Of a stretch of 64,000 nt of DNA, positions 35,420 through 45,327 are shown piece after piece. The notes under the pieces are model-generated. The model worked only from the letters and a program-made list of their open reading frames with translations, was not told where the DNA came from and made no database searches. How positions within the stretch are numbered: position 1 is the stretch's first letter; every line of letters starts with the position of its first letter. The DNA is from Candidatus Bathyarchaeota archaeon. GTDB lineage: Archaea > Thermoproteota > Bathyarchaeia > 40CM-2-53-6. The stretch lies in NCBI GenBank assembly GCA_005888735.1, contig VBBN01000029.1, positions 14,564-78,563 on the forward strand, in the 5' to 3' direction. Position numbers and translations under genes: made by a program.

Positions 35420-36297
35420 GAACTGGCTCTCCGTTTGCTGGTTGCAGCTTTTACGTCCATGCTTACGTCGATGCTACGAGCTGAGTGCGTTATGCTACCT
35501 ATTGACACCACGTCAACTCCCGTCCTTGCATAGTCTGCGATGTTCTGTTTGCTTATTCGGCCTGATGCTTCAAGCAGTATCCGAAGCCTCAGGTTTTTCC
35601 TCTCTAGCAGGGAGACCGTTTTCCTCACGTCTCCAGGCTCCATATTGTCTAGAAGTATGATGTCAGCTCCTGCCAGGGCGGCTTCAACTGCCTGAGCTGG
35701 TTCGGTAACCTCCGCCTCTATTTTCTTAGTGAAGCTCACCTTCGACCTTGCTGTTTTGACCGAGTCGGATATTGATCCTGAAAGACTAAGATGGTTGTCT
35801 TTGATGAGAACAGCATCATCCAGCCGCAACCGGTGAGTGTCTCCACCGCCCAGTTCGACAGCTTTTTTCTCAAAATATCGTAAGCCTGGAAGGGTCTTTC
35901 TTGTACATGCGACCCTAGCATGGGCGTTGGCCTGCTTGACAATCGCGACTAATTCCGCAGTAGCTGTTGCGACTCCGGACATGTGAGAAAGTAAGTTCAA
36001 CATAGTACGCTCAACAATGAGCAAGGAGCGCCCCGGGCCGTTGATTCCAAGGAGTCTTGTTCCACCAGAAACCCTGCCCCCATCCTGCACGTTTGGTTTC
36101 CCCGCGCAACCGACTAGTTCCAGCAAGGCCAGGCTCTCCACGAGCCCCGCCACGACTGCAGGTTCGTTACACACAACATCGGCGGTGGCTAAGGTCCCAG
36201 GCTTGACTAAAGCATTGGTTGTAATGTCTCCAAAGCCAAGGTCTTCAGCTAGGAAGGAACGTAGAGCTGTCTCGATTTCAGGTCGCGCAGAGTCCAA
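35416..36297 (-). CDS. nadC: nicotinate-nucleotide pyrophosphorylase (quinolinate phosphoribosyltransferase)
   Basis: LAEDLGFGDITT, CTRKTLPGLR, GGGDTHRLRLDDAVLIKDNH and IILLDNM motifs are present. I chose the TTG at 36297. The longer ORF-track start adds a non-homologous extension. Confidence 0.9.
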   Translation of the reverse strand: MDSARPEIETALRSFLAEDLGFGDITTNALVKPGTLATADVVCNEPAVVAGLVESLALLELVGCAGKPNVQDGGRVSGGTRLLGINGPGRSLLIVERTMLNLLSHMSGVATATAELVAIVKQANAHARVACTRKTLPGLRYFEKKAVELGGGDTHRLRLDDAVLIKDNHLSLSGSISDSVKTARSKVSFTKKIEAEVTEPAQAVEAALAGADIILLDNMEPGDVRKTVSLLERKNLRLRILLEASGRISKQNIADYARTGVDVVSIGSITHSARSIDVSMDVKAATSKRRASS

Positions 36298-36333
36298 GAG
36301 TACGAGAAGAAGGACTGCTTTCAGTATAAAGAA

Positions 36334-37131
36334 ATGGGAGAAGGAACGCTGCTGTTGAAGCTCATAGCTACACTTCACAACCGTCGAGGGGATCCTCTGA
36401 TACTTCTCAGATTCCTCAAGACACTGGTGCAGCAAGGCAAGCTAAGTAGCATCGGGGTTGCTTGGAGTGTTCCTTCAGGCGAGGCCGAGCCTAACTGGCC
36501 AGAGCTTCTGAAGGAAGAGAGGCGTATTCAGGAGGTTCTTCGCTCCTCGGTCCGACTCGTTCACGGCTCTGGTTTGTCCTGGGAGGCAAAATCCTTCCTC
36601 GGACGATGTTACAGGTCCTTCCAATACGAGTTCATGGTATCCTTGAACCTGAAGCGCCGTGATCAACGTGTGAGATTGGTTCTCATTGACGACCCAGAGG
36701 CGAGAGAGACCCGATACATGGAGATGCGCAGTCCCACCGAATTTCTCAGAGAGATTTCTTCGTATCCAAACCGGGAACAGATACAAGTTCTACAGTCTCG
36801 ATACGCAGGATACAAAGAGGCTTACGAAAGGATCGACGTCTACGAGAAAATGATTCTTCACCCTGAGTCCGCTCTCTTAGAGATTCATACAGAAAACAAG
36901 GGACTTGCGGAGTCGCGGGCAGGCTACATGTCTAAAGTGATAACCAGCGCCAACCCTGACATTATTATTGTCAGGTTGTTGCACTGTCTCAATAATCCTC
37001 CTCCCTCGCTAGCTGGGCTGTGCTCCGCGTCTTCGCTTAGCCTACCTGCAAGGCTTGGACTCGGGAGAGGGGCCGTCACGAAGCTTTCCGATACTGAAAT
37101 CATCGTAGGACCTCTGCCTGCGAGAGATTAG
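36334..37131 (+). CDS. hypothetical protein
   Basis: 265-aa ORF divergent from nadC, with no motif I recognise. Confidence 0.45.
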   Translation: MGEGTLLLKLIATLHNRRGDPLILLRFLKTLVQQGKLSSIGVAWSVPSGEAEPNWPELLKEERRIQEVLRSSVRLVHGSGLSWEAKSFLGRCYRSFQYEFMVSLNLKRRDQRVRLVLIDDPEARETRYMEMRSPTEFLREISSYPNREQIQVLQSRYAGYKEAYERIDVYEKMILHPESALLEIHTENKGLAESRAGYMSKVITSANPDIIIVRLLHCLNNPPPSLAGLCSASSLSLPARLGLGRGAVTKLSDTEIIVGPLPARD

Positions 37132-37313
37132 TGCTCGGTCTCTACTTGGCCGCGGTGAACTTGGTGTCCGCGCGCTCCCAAGAACATGTCCAGCCCATCG
37201 GGAAACGCATCATCTCGATGAGGGCTCACGTGTACAAAGACAACTCGTCTCTTGAATCAGGACAAACCGTTAACGACAAAACCCCAATTCTTAGGCCACC
37301 CACGTTCAGAAGT

Positions 37314-37751
37314 TTACCGAGATCTCTTCGCGTTTCGTTCCCTGACCACTCGTTCTACGTGGTCAATTATTGTCTTGAGAGAGGTGCCTGGGCCGAAATT
37401 GCCGGTGATGCCATGTTTCTCCAGGAGAGGTTTGTCTTCGTCAGGAATTATTCCTCCCCCCACTAGAAGAATGTCGCTACCGCCTTTCTCCCGAATTAGT
37501 TTGGCGACTTTTGGGAAGGCTGTCATGTGGGCTCCGTTGAGGAGGCTCATCGCCACGACGTCCACGTCTTCGTCGATTGCCATCTGGGCTACTTGTTCCG
37601 GGGTGGCTAGGAAGCCGGTGTAGATGACTTCCATCCCAGCGTCTCGGAAAGCCCTGCACAGGACTAGCGCCCCTCGGTCGTGGCCGTCAAGCCCAGGCTT
37701 CGCTACTAAAATGCGAATCTTCTTGGAAGGCTTGAGGGGTTTCTTGGCCAT
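37314..37751 (-). CDS. B12-binding small subunit of an acyl-CoA mutase
   Basis: 145 aa. KIRILVAKPGLDGHDRGALVL carries the DxHxxG cobalamin motif, and ...VVAMSLLNGAH is also present. Confidence 0.9.
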   Translation of the reverse strand: MAKKPLKPSKKIRILVAKPGLDGHDRGALVLCRAFRDAGMEVIYTGFLATPEQVAQMAIDEDVDVVAMSLLNGAHMTAFPKVAKLIREKGGSDILLVGGGIIPDEDKPLLEKHGITGNFGPGTSLKTIIDHVERVVRERNAKRSR

Positions 37752-37918
37752 AGGCCAATCAAAAGGCGCTCTTGCCTATTTCGCTAATAAGCACTACGAG
37801 GGTTTCTCGTGATTCTTAGTCACACGTACGTGAAACGAGACGAGGTGCGCCATAGAAGCCGCGGTCCGCTTTCCACCTTTTTATTTCACCGATATGTTGC
37901 TCCTAGTGTGAAGTATTC

Positions 37919-39004
37919 GTGCTAGAACAGGTTCACCTTTCGAAGAACGGAGTCTCAGGGAGTGTTTTGGACTGGCTGTTGGAGGAAAATGAGCCCTCGG
38001 TGAGATACCACGCCCTTACCCAGCTTCTCGACAGGGATCAAAGCGATGCTCAGGTGGAGAAGACTAGGGCCGGCATTGGAAAGCACGGATGGGCGGCGCG
38101 AATCCTTGCTGAACAAAAGGAAAACACGTACTGGGACAACCCGTTTTCTTGCACAGTTCCAAAGTTCTCAGCCTGTAGCTGGCAGCTCGTGGTCCTCGCA
38201 GACCTTGGAGTCTCAGGGAAGGACCCGCGAATCAGAAACTGCGCTGAGCATTTGATGTTGCTTCACAACGTCGACGAGGGAGGGTTTTCTCTTAGACCGA
38301 GAAAACCGCCGGTGGAAATCAAGGACTGGCCGCTTCAACCACACATCTGTTTGACGGGCAATATGGTTCGCACTCTTGGAAAACTGGACTATGCAAATGA
38401 CGCGAGGGTCCGCAAGGCCATGGACTGGCTCGTGACTATGCAGCTCCCAGACGGTGGCTGGAACTGCTCTCCTCAAGGAAAGCATGGTTCGTTCATGGCA
38501 ACTGTCCAGCCCCTCTGGGCTCTAAGCGAGATGATTGCCGCCGATCCTCAGGAGACGTGGAAGCAATCGGCCAGAAAGGGTTTGGAATTTCTCTTGAAAC
38601 ATCGAGTGTACATGTCTGACACGAATGACTCAGTCGTTCTGCTCGATTTCCTGAAGACACACTATCCGATGCACTACTGTTACGACTTCCTCCATGGCCT
38701 GAGAATTCTGACAGAGAACGGCGTGAAAAACGACTCTAGAATGGACGATGCTGTCAGGGTTCTGTTAGCCAAAAGGCTGGCTGATGGCCGATGGCCGTTG
38801 GAGGGCGTGTACCGAGGCTGGCGGCATGCTCATCCCATGCACAACTGGGAGACAGTCTCACGGCCGGAGGAGAGGGAGCTGATAACTGAAGGCTGGGGCA
38901 CGGATCGGTCGATTCAGCTAGAGGAAGCCGGCAAACCTAGCAAGTGGATAACACTCCAAGCTCTCTTGGTTCTCGAGAGACTCGGCCTTCTCGAAACGCC
39001 TTAG
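37919..39004 (+). CDS. prenyltransferase/squalene-oxidase repeat (alpha-alpha toroid) protein
   Basis: 361 aa with repeated QLPDGGWN / RLADGRWP type motifs. GTG start. Confidence 0.55.
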   Translation: MLEQVHLSKNGVSGSVLDWLLEENEPSVRYHALTQLLDRDQSDAQVEKTRAGIGKHGWAARILAEQKENTYWDNPFSCTVPKFSACSWQLVVLADLGVSGKDPRIRNCAEHLMLLHNVDEGGFSLRPRKPPVEIKDWPLQPHICLTGNMVRTLGKLDYANDARVRKAMDWLVTMQLPDGGWNCSPQGKHGSFMATVQPLWALSEMIAADPQETWKQSARKGLEFLLKHRVYMSDTNDSVVLLDFLKTHYPMHYCYDFLHGLRILTENGVKNDSRMDDAVRVLLAKRLADGRWPLEGVYRGWRHAHPMHNWETVSRPEERELITEGWGTDRSIQLEEAGKPSKWITLQALLVLERLGLLETP

Positions 39005-39095
39005 CCATCCGTTTCCCTCTTTTTGTTGGTTACTTTCGAGTCCGGTTATTCATTCAGGTTTAATAGAGACAGATTTTTCCGTTCTCGACGAACCA

Positions 39096-40373
39096 ATGTC
39101 CAAAACAATTCTGAGCGATGAATCTCTCACTTTTGCCGAGAAGGTCATCGGCATGCGGGCCCAGAGCAACAACAGGCCCCTGAGTCCGGGGGAGATTACG
39201 GTTCTTCCTGTGGACATGGCTATGGCCCAGGATAGTACTGGTCCGTTGGCGATTAAGGTCTTCGAGGAGATGGGTGTTGGGAAGGTTTGGGACCCATCAA
39301 GAATTCATCTTGTAATCGACCATACCTATCCTGCTGCTGATGAGAAGGTTGCGAAGCTTCACATTTTGATGCGCGCCTTCGCCAAGAAGCACGGAGTCCG
39401 ACTTGTCGAGGGCAGCATATCACATCAGCACTTGCTCGAGAACCATGTTGTTCCAGGTATGGTTCTTTTCGGTGCTGACTCGCACACTTGCCAGGGAGGA
39501 GCGGTGGGAGCGTTTGCCACGGGAGTCGGAAGCTCGGAGATGGCCGGGTTGTGGGCGACGGGAAAGCTCTGGGTTAGGGTTCCCGAAACTATCAGGGTTA
39601 ACATTACGGGCGAGTTCAAGAAAGGAGTGTATGCTAGAGACCTCATCTCCCATTTCATTGGCATGGTTGGCGAGGATGGTGGAAACTACATGTCCTTGGA
39701 GTGGAAGGGTCCGGCTGTGAGGACCCTCTCCATAGCATCCCGGGCCTGCGTTAGCAATAACTCGATGGAGTGCGGCTGCAAACTGTCTATTTTCGAGGTA
39801 GATGCTCTGACTCAGGAGTATTTTCGTTCGGTGGGACGCGAGTCAATCCAGGAAGTTCATGCGGGATTGAAGGCCACGTACAAGGACACACATGATGTCG
39901 AGCTGGGAAAGCTGGAGCCCGAAGTGGCCGAGCCGGGGAACGTGGACAAGGTGAAGAGCGTGGATGAGCTTGAGGGCACACCGATCGACCAGTCCTTCAT
40001 CGGCTCATCGACCAACGGCCGTGTCGAGGACCTGGTTGTCGCGGCTAAGATATTGAAAGGTCACAGGGTCAAGACCGGTTCACGATGCATTGTCACGCCT
40101 GCGAGTAGGCAGGTTTTCGAGTACGCGATCAGCAACGGTTTGGCGGAGACGTTCCTCCAATCAGGAGCAGTTTTCACCAATGCCACCTGTGGGGCGTGTG
40201 TTGGGACCCATCTGGGAGCGCTGGGCGAGAACGAGGTTTGCATCTCTTCTTCGCCGAGAAACTATACTGGGCGCATGGGCGCGACGAGCGCGAAAATCTA
40301 CCTAGCTTCACCAGCGACCTGCGCGGCCTCGGCTATTGAGGGCAAGATTGCGGACCCGAGGAAGTACCTATGA
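39096..40373 (+). CDS. leuC: aconitase-family dehydratase large subunit (3-isopropylmalate or homoaconitate dehydratase)
   Basis: 425 aa with GADSHT, GSSTNGR and the Cys ligand region CGACVG. LeuC and HacA cannot be distinguished by eye. Confidence 0.9.
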   Translation: MSKTILSDESLTFAEKVIGMRAQSNNRPLSPGEITVLPVDMAMAQDSTGPLAIKVFEEMGVGKVWDPSRIHLVIDHTYPAADEKVAKLHILMRAFAKKHGVRLVEGSISHQHLLENHVVPGMVLFGADSHTCQGGAVGAFATGVGSSEMAGLWATGKLWVRVPETIRVNITGEFKKGVYARDLISHFIGMVGEDGGNYMSLEWKGPAVRTLSIASRACVSNNSMECGCKLSIFEVDALTQEYFRSVGRESIQEVHAGLKATYKDTHDVELGKLEPEVAEPGNVDKVKSVDELEGTPIDQSFIGSSTNGRVEDLVVAAKILKGHRVKTGSRCIVTPASRQVFEYAISNGLAETFLQSGAVFTNATCGACVGTHLGALGENEVCISSSPRNYTGRMGATSAKIYLASPATCAASAIEGKIADPRKYL

Positions 40374-40915
40374 CAATTCCAGCGACTCTCCAGGGGAGGG
40401 CGTGGGTCTGGCCTGATAATGTGAATACTGACATTATCATTCCGTTCCGGTTCAAGGCTCGAACCAACGATCCGGTGGAGATGGCAAAGTATGCGATGTA
40501 CGGTTTCGACCCGGAGTTTTACAAGAAGGTCAAGCAAGGAGACCTGTTTGTCGCGGGCCGTAACTTTGGCGGAGGTTCAAGCAGGGAGCAAGCACCCGTT
40601 GCTATCAAGTACGCGGGCGTTGCTGCGGTTGTCGCGGAGAGTTTCGCGCGCATCTTCTACCGAAACAGTTTCGCGATCGGTCTGCCGGCCTTGGAGGTTC
40701 CAGGGATTAGTAATGAGGTGAAGCAGTTCGAGGAGTTGGAGGTCAACGTTGAGAACTGGTCGGTGAAGAGGCTTCGGGACGGTAGAGTGTTCCAGGCCTT
40801 GAAGGTGCCGGGGTTCCTGCGAAACCTGATGCGTGAAGGGGGTCTAGTGGAGTACTACAAGCGACACAAGACGTTTCCCTGGGAGCAGTTACAGACGGCT
40901 GCAGCCACCGCCTAG
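40370..40915 (+). CDS. leuD: aconitase-family dehydratase small subunit
   Basis: 181 aa with [13 protein letters not shown]. It overlaps the large-subunit stop as ATGA. Confidence 0.9.
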   Translation: MTIPATLQGRAWVWPDNVNTDIIIPFRFKARTNDPVEMAKYAMYGFDPEFYKKVKQGDLFVAGRNFGGGSSREQAPVAIKYAGVAAVVAESFARIFYRNSFAIGLPALEVPGISNEVKQFEELEVNVENWSVKRLRDGRVFQALKVPGFLRNLMREGGLVEYYKRHKTFPWEQLQTAAATA

Positions 40916-41346
40916 GTATACATGTGAAGAGGTCTCTGTCAAAGTTCACTTCCTATACGTGGCTGTCACGTAGGTGCTGAGTCCGTCACCCGTCTGAAAC
41001 TGATTGAACGGTTGTGCCCGTTCGGGGTATGGAGGGTGGGAGGCACGGACCCGGGCCCGGAAGGGATGTTTGAGATTTCTTACAATTTTTTCCCGATTCC
41101 GCATTCCGGGAGAGAGGGAATCTGTCTCTCGAGAAGACCACACGATGACGAATTTTTTCCGAGGTAGGTTTCTGTCTCGCGGGGAGAATGGGCGGGTTTG
41201 GGCTGACAGGGCGTGAATCTGGCGAGTCCAGGGTTTTCCGACTCGGCGTTTAGGGCGTAGTTTTCTCGTGAATTAGTTGCGTTTGGAAGTCGCGGGTTCA
41301 AAACGGCGAAAGCGGCTTGTTCTGGGCGATTTTTCCCCGCAGGTTT

Positions 41347-42495
41347 CTAGAGCCGGTATGTCATCCAGAACTTTTCAAGGGCGATCTTGTCAAAGTGCCA
41401 TTTTCTCCGGGGAGGGTGGAACTCAAGCCTCGGTGGTTTGGATAGAAACGTGCCTCTGAGGAAGGCACTCTCGCTCTTACTCACCTCTAGGAAACATGTC
41501 CCGGATCCATCCCAAGCCTTCCGTTCGCCTTTCCCGGTGATCGAATGTGCTATGTTGTTCGCGAGAATCTCCGCTTGACCTTGAGCGAAGACTCCGGCCT
41601 TGGGCAGAAACGGCATGTGTCCATGTGGGGTCTCGATGGCCGAAACATCGCCTATCGCGTACACATCTTCTACTTTCGTGGCAAGTGTGTTAGGATTGAC
41701 TGGTACCCAGCCTGACGAGTCCGTCAGTCCCGCATCGACAACTACACTAGGACATCGGTGCGGTGGAACAGCGACAAGGAGGTCGTGGTTGATTTCTTCT
41801 CCGTCCTCGAAAACTATGCTATCTCGGGCAACCTTGACCAGTTTCTTCTTTGGATGATATTTTATTCCGCGAGTGGCTAGCATTCGTTCGACCTGTTTTC
41901 CGATTACTGGACCCGTTGCCGGGAGGGCTTGGGCTTCCGGGGTGAACATGTGAACTTCGACTTTCTTTCCCTGTTTGCGGAAGTTATCGTCCAGAAGGAG
42001 GGACATTTCGTAGGGAGCGGCTGGGCATTTGAAGGGCGTGCGTGATACTCCAACGGACACGGTGTTCCCGGCAAAGCCATTGAGGGCTTCTCTGAACTTT
42101 AGCGCCGAAACCAAATCATAGAACTGGTGAGCGTAGTCCTCGAAACCAGGGATTTCCCCCGGAACATGCTCAGCACCGAGAGCGACTACGAGATAGTCAT
42201 AGGCTATTTGTGAGGAGCTCGTAGCTACGCGCTTGGCGGATAGGTCGATCTTGATGACGGCCTCGTTGATGATCTTGACTTTTTTCCTGGCAAGGGGCGT
42301 TAGGTCCCGTTGGACCTGTTTTGGCTCCCGCCATCCCATCACGACCCATGTGTAAGAGGGTGGAAACTGAAACCGGGATTTGCGTTCGATTACAGTGACG
42401 GAGGCTGAACCTTTGGCCTGTTTTGCCAAAGTGCTAGCGAATGTGAGTCCTCCGACCCCGCAGCCTAGGACAACGACTTGGTTCTTCAAGGACAA
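41347..42495 (-). CDS. FAD-dependent pyridine nucleotide-disulfide oxidoreductase, sulfide:quinone reductase-like
   Basis: 382 aa with N-terminal VVVLGCGVGGLTFA (the GxGxxG motif), FKCPAAPYE and AIGDVS motifs. Confidence 0.7.
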   Translation of the reverse strand: MSLKNQVVVLGCGVGGLTFASTLAKQAKGSASVTVIERKSRFQFPPSYTWVVMGWREPKQVQRDLTPLARKKVKIINEAVIKIDLSAKRVATSSSQIAYDYLVVALGAEHVPGEIPGFEDYAHQFYDLVSALKFREALNGFAGNTVSVGVSRTPFKCPAAPYEMSLLLDDNFRKQGKKVEVHMFTPEAQALPATGPVIGKQVERMLATRGIKYHPKKKLVKVARDSIVFEDGEEINHDLLVAVPPHRCPSVVVDAGLTDSSGWVPVNPNTLATKVEDVYAIGDVSAIETPHGHMPFLPKAGVFAQGQAEILANNIAHSITGKGERKAWDGSGTCFLEVSKSESAFLRGTFLSKPPRLEFHPPRRKWHFDKIALEKFWMTYRL

Positions 42496-42548
42496 TGACT
42501 GTCAGTAGCCTAGCGATAGCAGTAGGTAGGGGTGGGTATTATGTTCTG

Positions 42549-42761
42549 TTAGGAGGCGGCTTCTACCGGATAGTCCCCTTTTGTCCGGACTAGCCGGTGA
42601 AGGCGGACCTGCTTTGCGGCCTCTTCGTAGCAGAAGCTGCACAGACGAACCGAGTTTTCGCCTGGCTCAGGCATGAACCACGTAGTCTCAGAAGCAGGCT
42701 TCTCTTCCTTGCACCATGCGCACGCAACAGTGTCCCTGGAGATGAGGGAGGTTTCTTCCAT
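42549..42761 (-). CDS. small CxxC...CxxC zinc-binding protein
   Basis: 70 aa with CAWC and CSFC pairs. Confidence 0.4.
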   Translation of the reverse strand: MEETSLISRDTVACAWCKEEKPASETTWFMPEPGENSVRLCSFCYEEAAKQVRLHRLVRTKGDYPVEAAS

Positions 42762-42817
42762 AGCTGCGGGAATAGGAACCGAACTAAGAGATAAGCCTAG
42801 CTGAAAACGATTTCACA

Positions 42818-43723
42818 GTGCATGCTTCGACCAAACGTGGAAGGAAAAATCAGGCTAGGCTGTCAATGACACAAAGAACAGGACTGGCATCGACAATAGT
42901 GTCCGGCGTTCTCTTCGGCACCAGCGTGCCAGTCATCAAGCTCGGTTTGGGAGTGATTCCACCGTTTCTCTTCGCCACTCTAAGGTTCCTTGTGGCGTCC
43001 GCGGTCGTTGTCTTCGTTCTGGGCCGGAGGGGGTGGGTGAAGAGAGAGCTCTACCGTTCGAAGCTCTTGTGGGCCATTGGAGTTCTGAACACTGTTGGCT
43101 ATGCTATGCAGTTCGAAGGCCAATTTCTGACCACGTCTTCTGACGCGGCATTGATCATAGGCTCCGCGGCATTGATGATTCCAGTCATAGCTCGGCTTAG
43201 AGGGAAGGAGAAACTGGTCTGGAGGAGGAGCCTAGGAGTCCTACTCGGGTTCGCCGGAACCTCCCTCGTCGTGGCAGGGAGAGGGCTCGAGCTTGGAGGA
43301 GGCCAAGTGATCGGTGACTTCTTGATTCTCGGAACCGCGGTAACCATCGCCCTCATCTTCGTGTTCTCCAAGGACCTAGTGGAGGTCCGCGGCAGTCCAG
43401 CTGTAACTGGGGGACTTCTGATCACAACGGCGACTCTACTGCTACCATTCACGACTCTTGACTTGGGCCGGCCGATCAGTCTTGGCCCGGATGCCTGGTT
43501 CTACGTTCTGTTTCTAGCCGTCTTCTCAACTGTCGGGTCTTACTATTTCTTTACAAAGGGTCTGGAGACGATTAGTGCTACAGTATCATCGATAATTCTG
43601 CCAATCGAAGTTGTCGTGAGCGTAGTTCTTTCAGTCCTGATCTTTCGTGATTCTTTCAGTCTACTCTCCGGGACTGGTGCAGCCTTGATAATAGTCGGGG
43701 TAGCGATGGTCTCTCTTTCTTAG
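42818..43723 (+). CDS. EamA/DMT-family transporter
   Basis: About 10 TM segments in two EamA-like halves. The real start is probably the internal MTQRTGLAS. Confidence 0.75.
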   Translation: MHASTKRGRKNQARLSMTQRTGLASTIVSGVLFGTSVPVIKLGLGVIPPFLFATLRFLVASAVVVFVLGRRGWVKRELYRSKLLWAIGVLNTVGYAMQFEGQFLTTSSDAALIIGSAALMIPVIARLRGKEKLVWRRSLGVLLGFAGTSLVVAGRGLELGGGQVIGDFLILGTAVTIALIFVFSKDLVEVRGSPAVTGGLLITTATLLLPFTTLDLGRPISLGPDAWFYVLFLAVFSTVGSYYFFTKGLETISATVSSIILPIEVVVSVVLSVLIFRDSFSLLSGTGAALIIVGVAMVSLS

Positions 43724-43764
43724 TAGAGAGAGCGGCGCGAAAGTAGACGCTCGCCCAGTCTATA

Positions 43765-44568
43765 CTACTGGTGTCCGCCACAATTGGGGCAGACACTCGC
43801 GCCCTGGTCGATCATGGTCTGGCAGAACTTGCAACGGGCCTTGGCGGTCTGCTGCGCTGGCTGTTGGGGTGCATACTGTGGATACTGGGGTCCATAGCCC
43901 GGAGCCATTCCAGGCTGACCGTATCCAGGTGTAGGACCGTAACCTTGGGGCCCATACGTTTGAGGGGGATATCCGGGTGGTCCATACATAGGCTGCGGGC
44001 CGTACCCAACTGGTTGCATGGGAGGACTCATGACCGGGTAGGCCGCCGGGGGGCCGAATGCGATCTGAGTTGTGCTTGTGGCGTCGGGGCGTCCCTTTAC
44101 GGAAAGTACGCCCTTGACTGCGTACTCGACGTTTCCGCCCGGGCGAGTTGGCCTGAAAGTGGGAATTCCGATGGAGAAGGGGAAGCTTCTGGTGGGTCCC
44201 TGGCCGAAATCGGAGGGTCCCGCGACGTTCTCGTCTCTTGAGAAGAGGCTGTTCTGTTTGCGGACGTTTTGCTGAATCCTCTGGTTGTTGACTACAACCC
44301 ATTCAGTTTCTTGATAGTTCTCAGTCGCCCGGGCCTCGACGCGTACACCAAGAGACTGGATATACTCATGAGCCTCAACGTTCACCTTGCCGACTACTGG
44401 TTCGCCTTGGGCAAACGAGGGCTTGTCGAGGCTAATCCACACCTTGGCTTTCAACGGCAATAGACGCTTTAAGAAACTCAGGGCCGATTCTCCTCCAAAG
44501 ACCAGTCTGCTAACCGGGTGTAATAAGAAATCGTTACTGACGATTCTCGCTGTAGGGAAAGAGAACAA
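43765..44568 (-). CDS. arrestin/Spo0M-like beta-sandwich protein with P/G/Y-rich linker and C-terminal zinc ribbon
   Basis: The N-terminal pattern VWISLDKPSFAQGEPVVGKVNVEAHEYIQSLGVRVEA is followed by a roughly 70-aa GYGPQ/PGY low-complexity region and then CKFC-x10-CPNCG. Confidence 0.5.
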   Translation of the reverse strand: MFSFPTARIVSNDFLLHPVSRLVFGGESALSFLKRLLPLKAKVWISLDKPSFAQGEPVVGKVNVEAHEYIQSLGVRVEARATENYQETEWVVVNNQRIQQNVRKQNSLFSRDENVAGPSDFGQGPTRSFPFSIGIPTFRPTRPGGNVEYAVKGVLSVKGRPDATSTTQIAFGPPAAYPVMSPPMQPVGYGPQPMYGPPGYPPQTYGPQGYGPTPGYGQPGMAPGYGPQYPQYAPQQPAQQTAKARCKFCQTMIDQGASVCPNCGGHQ

Positions 44569-44644
44569 CCTTTCGTCCCGGAGAATAGGAGGCCGTATGT
44601 CTCAGTCGTGAGGGAAACCCGGTTTTGAAGGCGGGCGTGTCCTA

Positions 44645-44656
44645 AGGTTTAATTTT
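44645..44656 (+). promoter_or_regulatory. BRE/TATA-like element upstream of grpE
   Basis: AGGTTTAATTTT lies about 60 nt upstream of the grpE ATG. The same GGTTTAA core occurs upstream of leuC (39056) and the acyl-CoA dehydrogenase (18034). Confidence 0.3.
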
Positions 44657-44715
44657 CCCACACTCCTCCGCTCCTAGGAATAGGATACGTCAGCCTGCAC
44701 AGGTAGAGTCAAGGG

Positions 44716-45327
44716 ATGATCGTGCCGGAGGAAAGCAAGCCAGACCTGGCCCCTAGGCCAGAGGTAAAGCCAGCGAAGAGTCCGAAGCATGACGCCAGGA
44801 GAGACGAGAAACCTGACCCCAGGCTAGCGGAGCTGGAGAGTGGACTGAATGCTGAGAAAGCAAAGGCGGACGATTATCTCAGACGGCTTCAGTATCTTCA
44901 GGCTGACTTCGAGAACTATCGAAAGAGGGTGGAAAAGGAGGTCGGAGACTCAAGAAGATTTGGAAACGAACGCTTGCTATCCGAGCTTCTTGTCGTGAAT
45001 GACGAACTGGAGCTGGCTCTTCAGAGATCGAAGGAGGCTGAGCAGGACTCTGTGCTAATCGAGGGAGTCGATATGGTACACAAACGGTTGCAGGGCCTAC
45101 TGTCGAAAGAAGGCGTGAAGAAGATCGAAAGCGTAGGGTCTAAGTTCACACCCGACCTGCATGAGGCGGCTCTCGCTATCGAGTCGGACCAAGAGGAAGG
45201 CACCGTTATTGAGGAAATTAGGATAGGTTACCTGCTGAACGGGAAGGTTCTACGCCCGAGTATAGTTAAAGTGGCAGAGAAACACGCTACAGGGGAAAGC
45301 CGAGCTAATGAGGGTGAGAGCGAGTGA
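44716..45327 (+). CDS. grpE: nucleotide exchange factor GrpE
   Basis: 203 aa with [18 protein letters not shown] and a C-terminal beta domain. Confidence 0.9.
   Translation: MIVPEESKPDLAPRPEVKPAKSPKHDARRDEKPDPRLAELESGLNAEKAKADDYLRRLQYLQADFENYRKRVEKEVGDSRRFGNERLLSELLVVNDELELALQRSKEAEQDSVLIEGVDMVHKRLQGLLSKEGVKKIESVGSKFTPDLHEAALAIESDQEEGTVIEEIRIGYLLNGKVLRPSIVKVAEKHATGESRANEGESE

Noticed and set aside
41083-41340. Recurring motif (C)(A/G)ATTTTT(T)CC(C/G) at about 41083, 41149 and 41327 as a repeat family
   Set aside because: The shared part is essentially an oligo-T run, which is most simply read as archaeal transcription terminators downstream of leuCD.
43760-44302. Overlapping ORFs (43760-44302 reverse, 43771-44241 forward and others) within the P/G/Y repeat region
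   Set aside because: These are alternative frames of a GC-rich low-complexity repeat. The 267-aa frame has recognisable N- and C-terminal domains.
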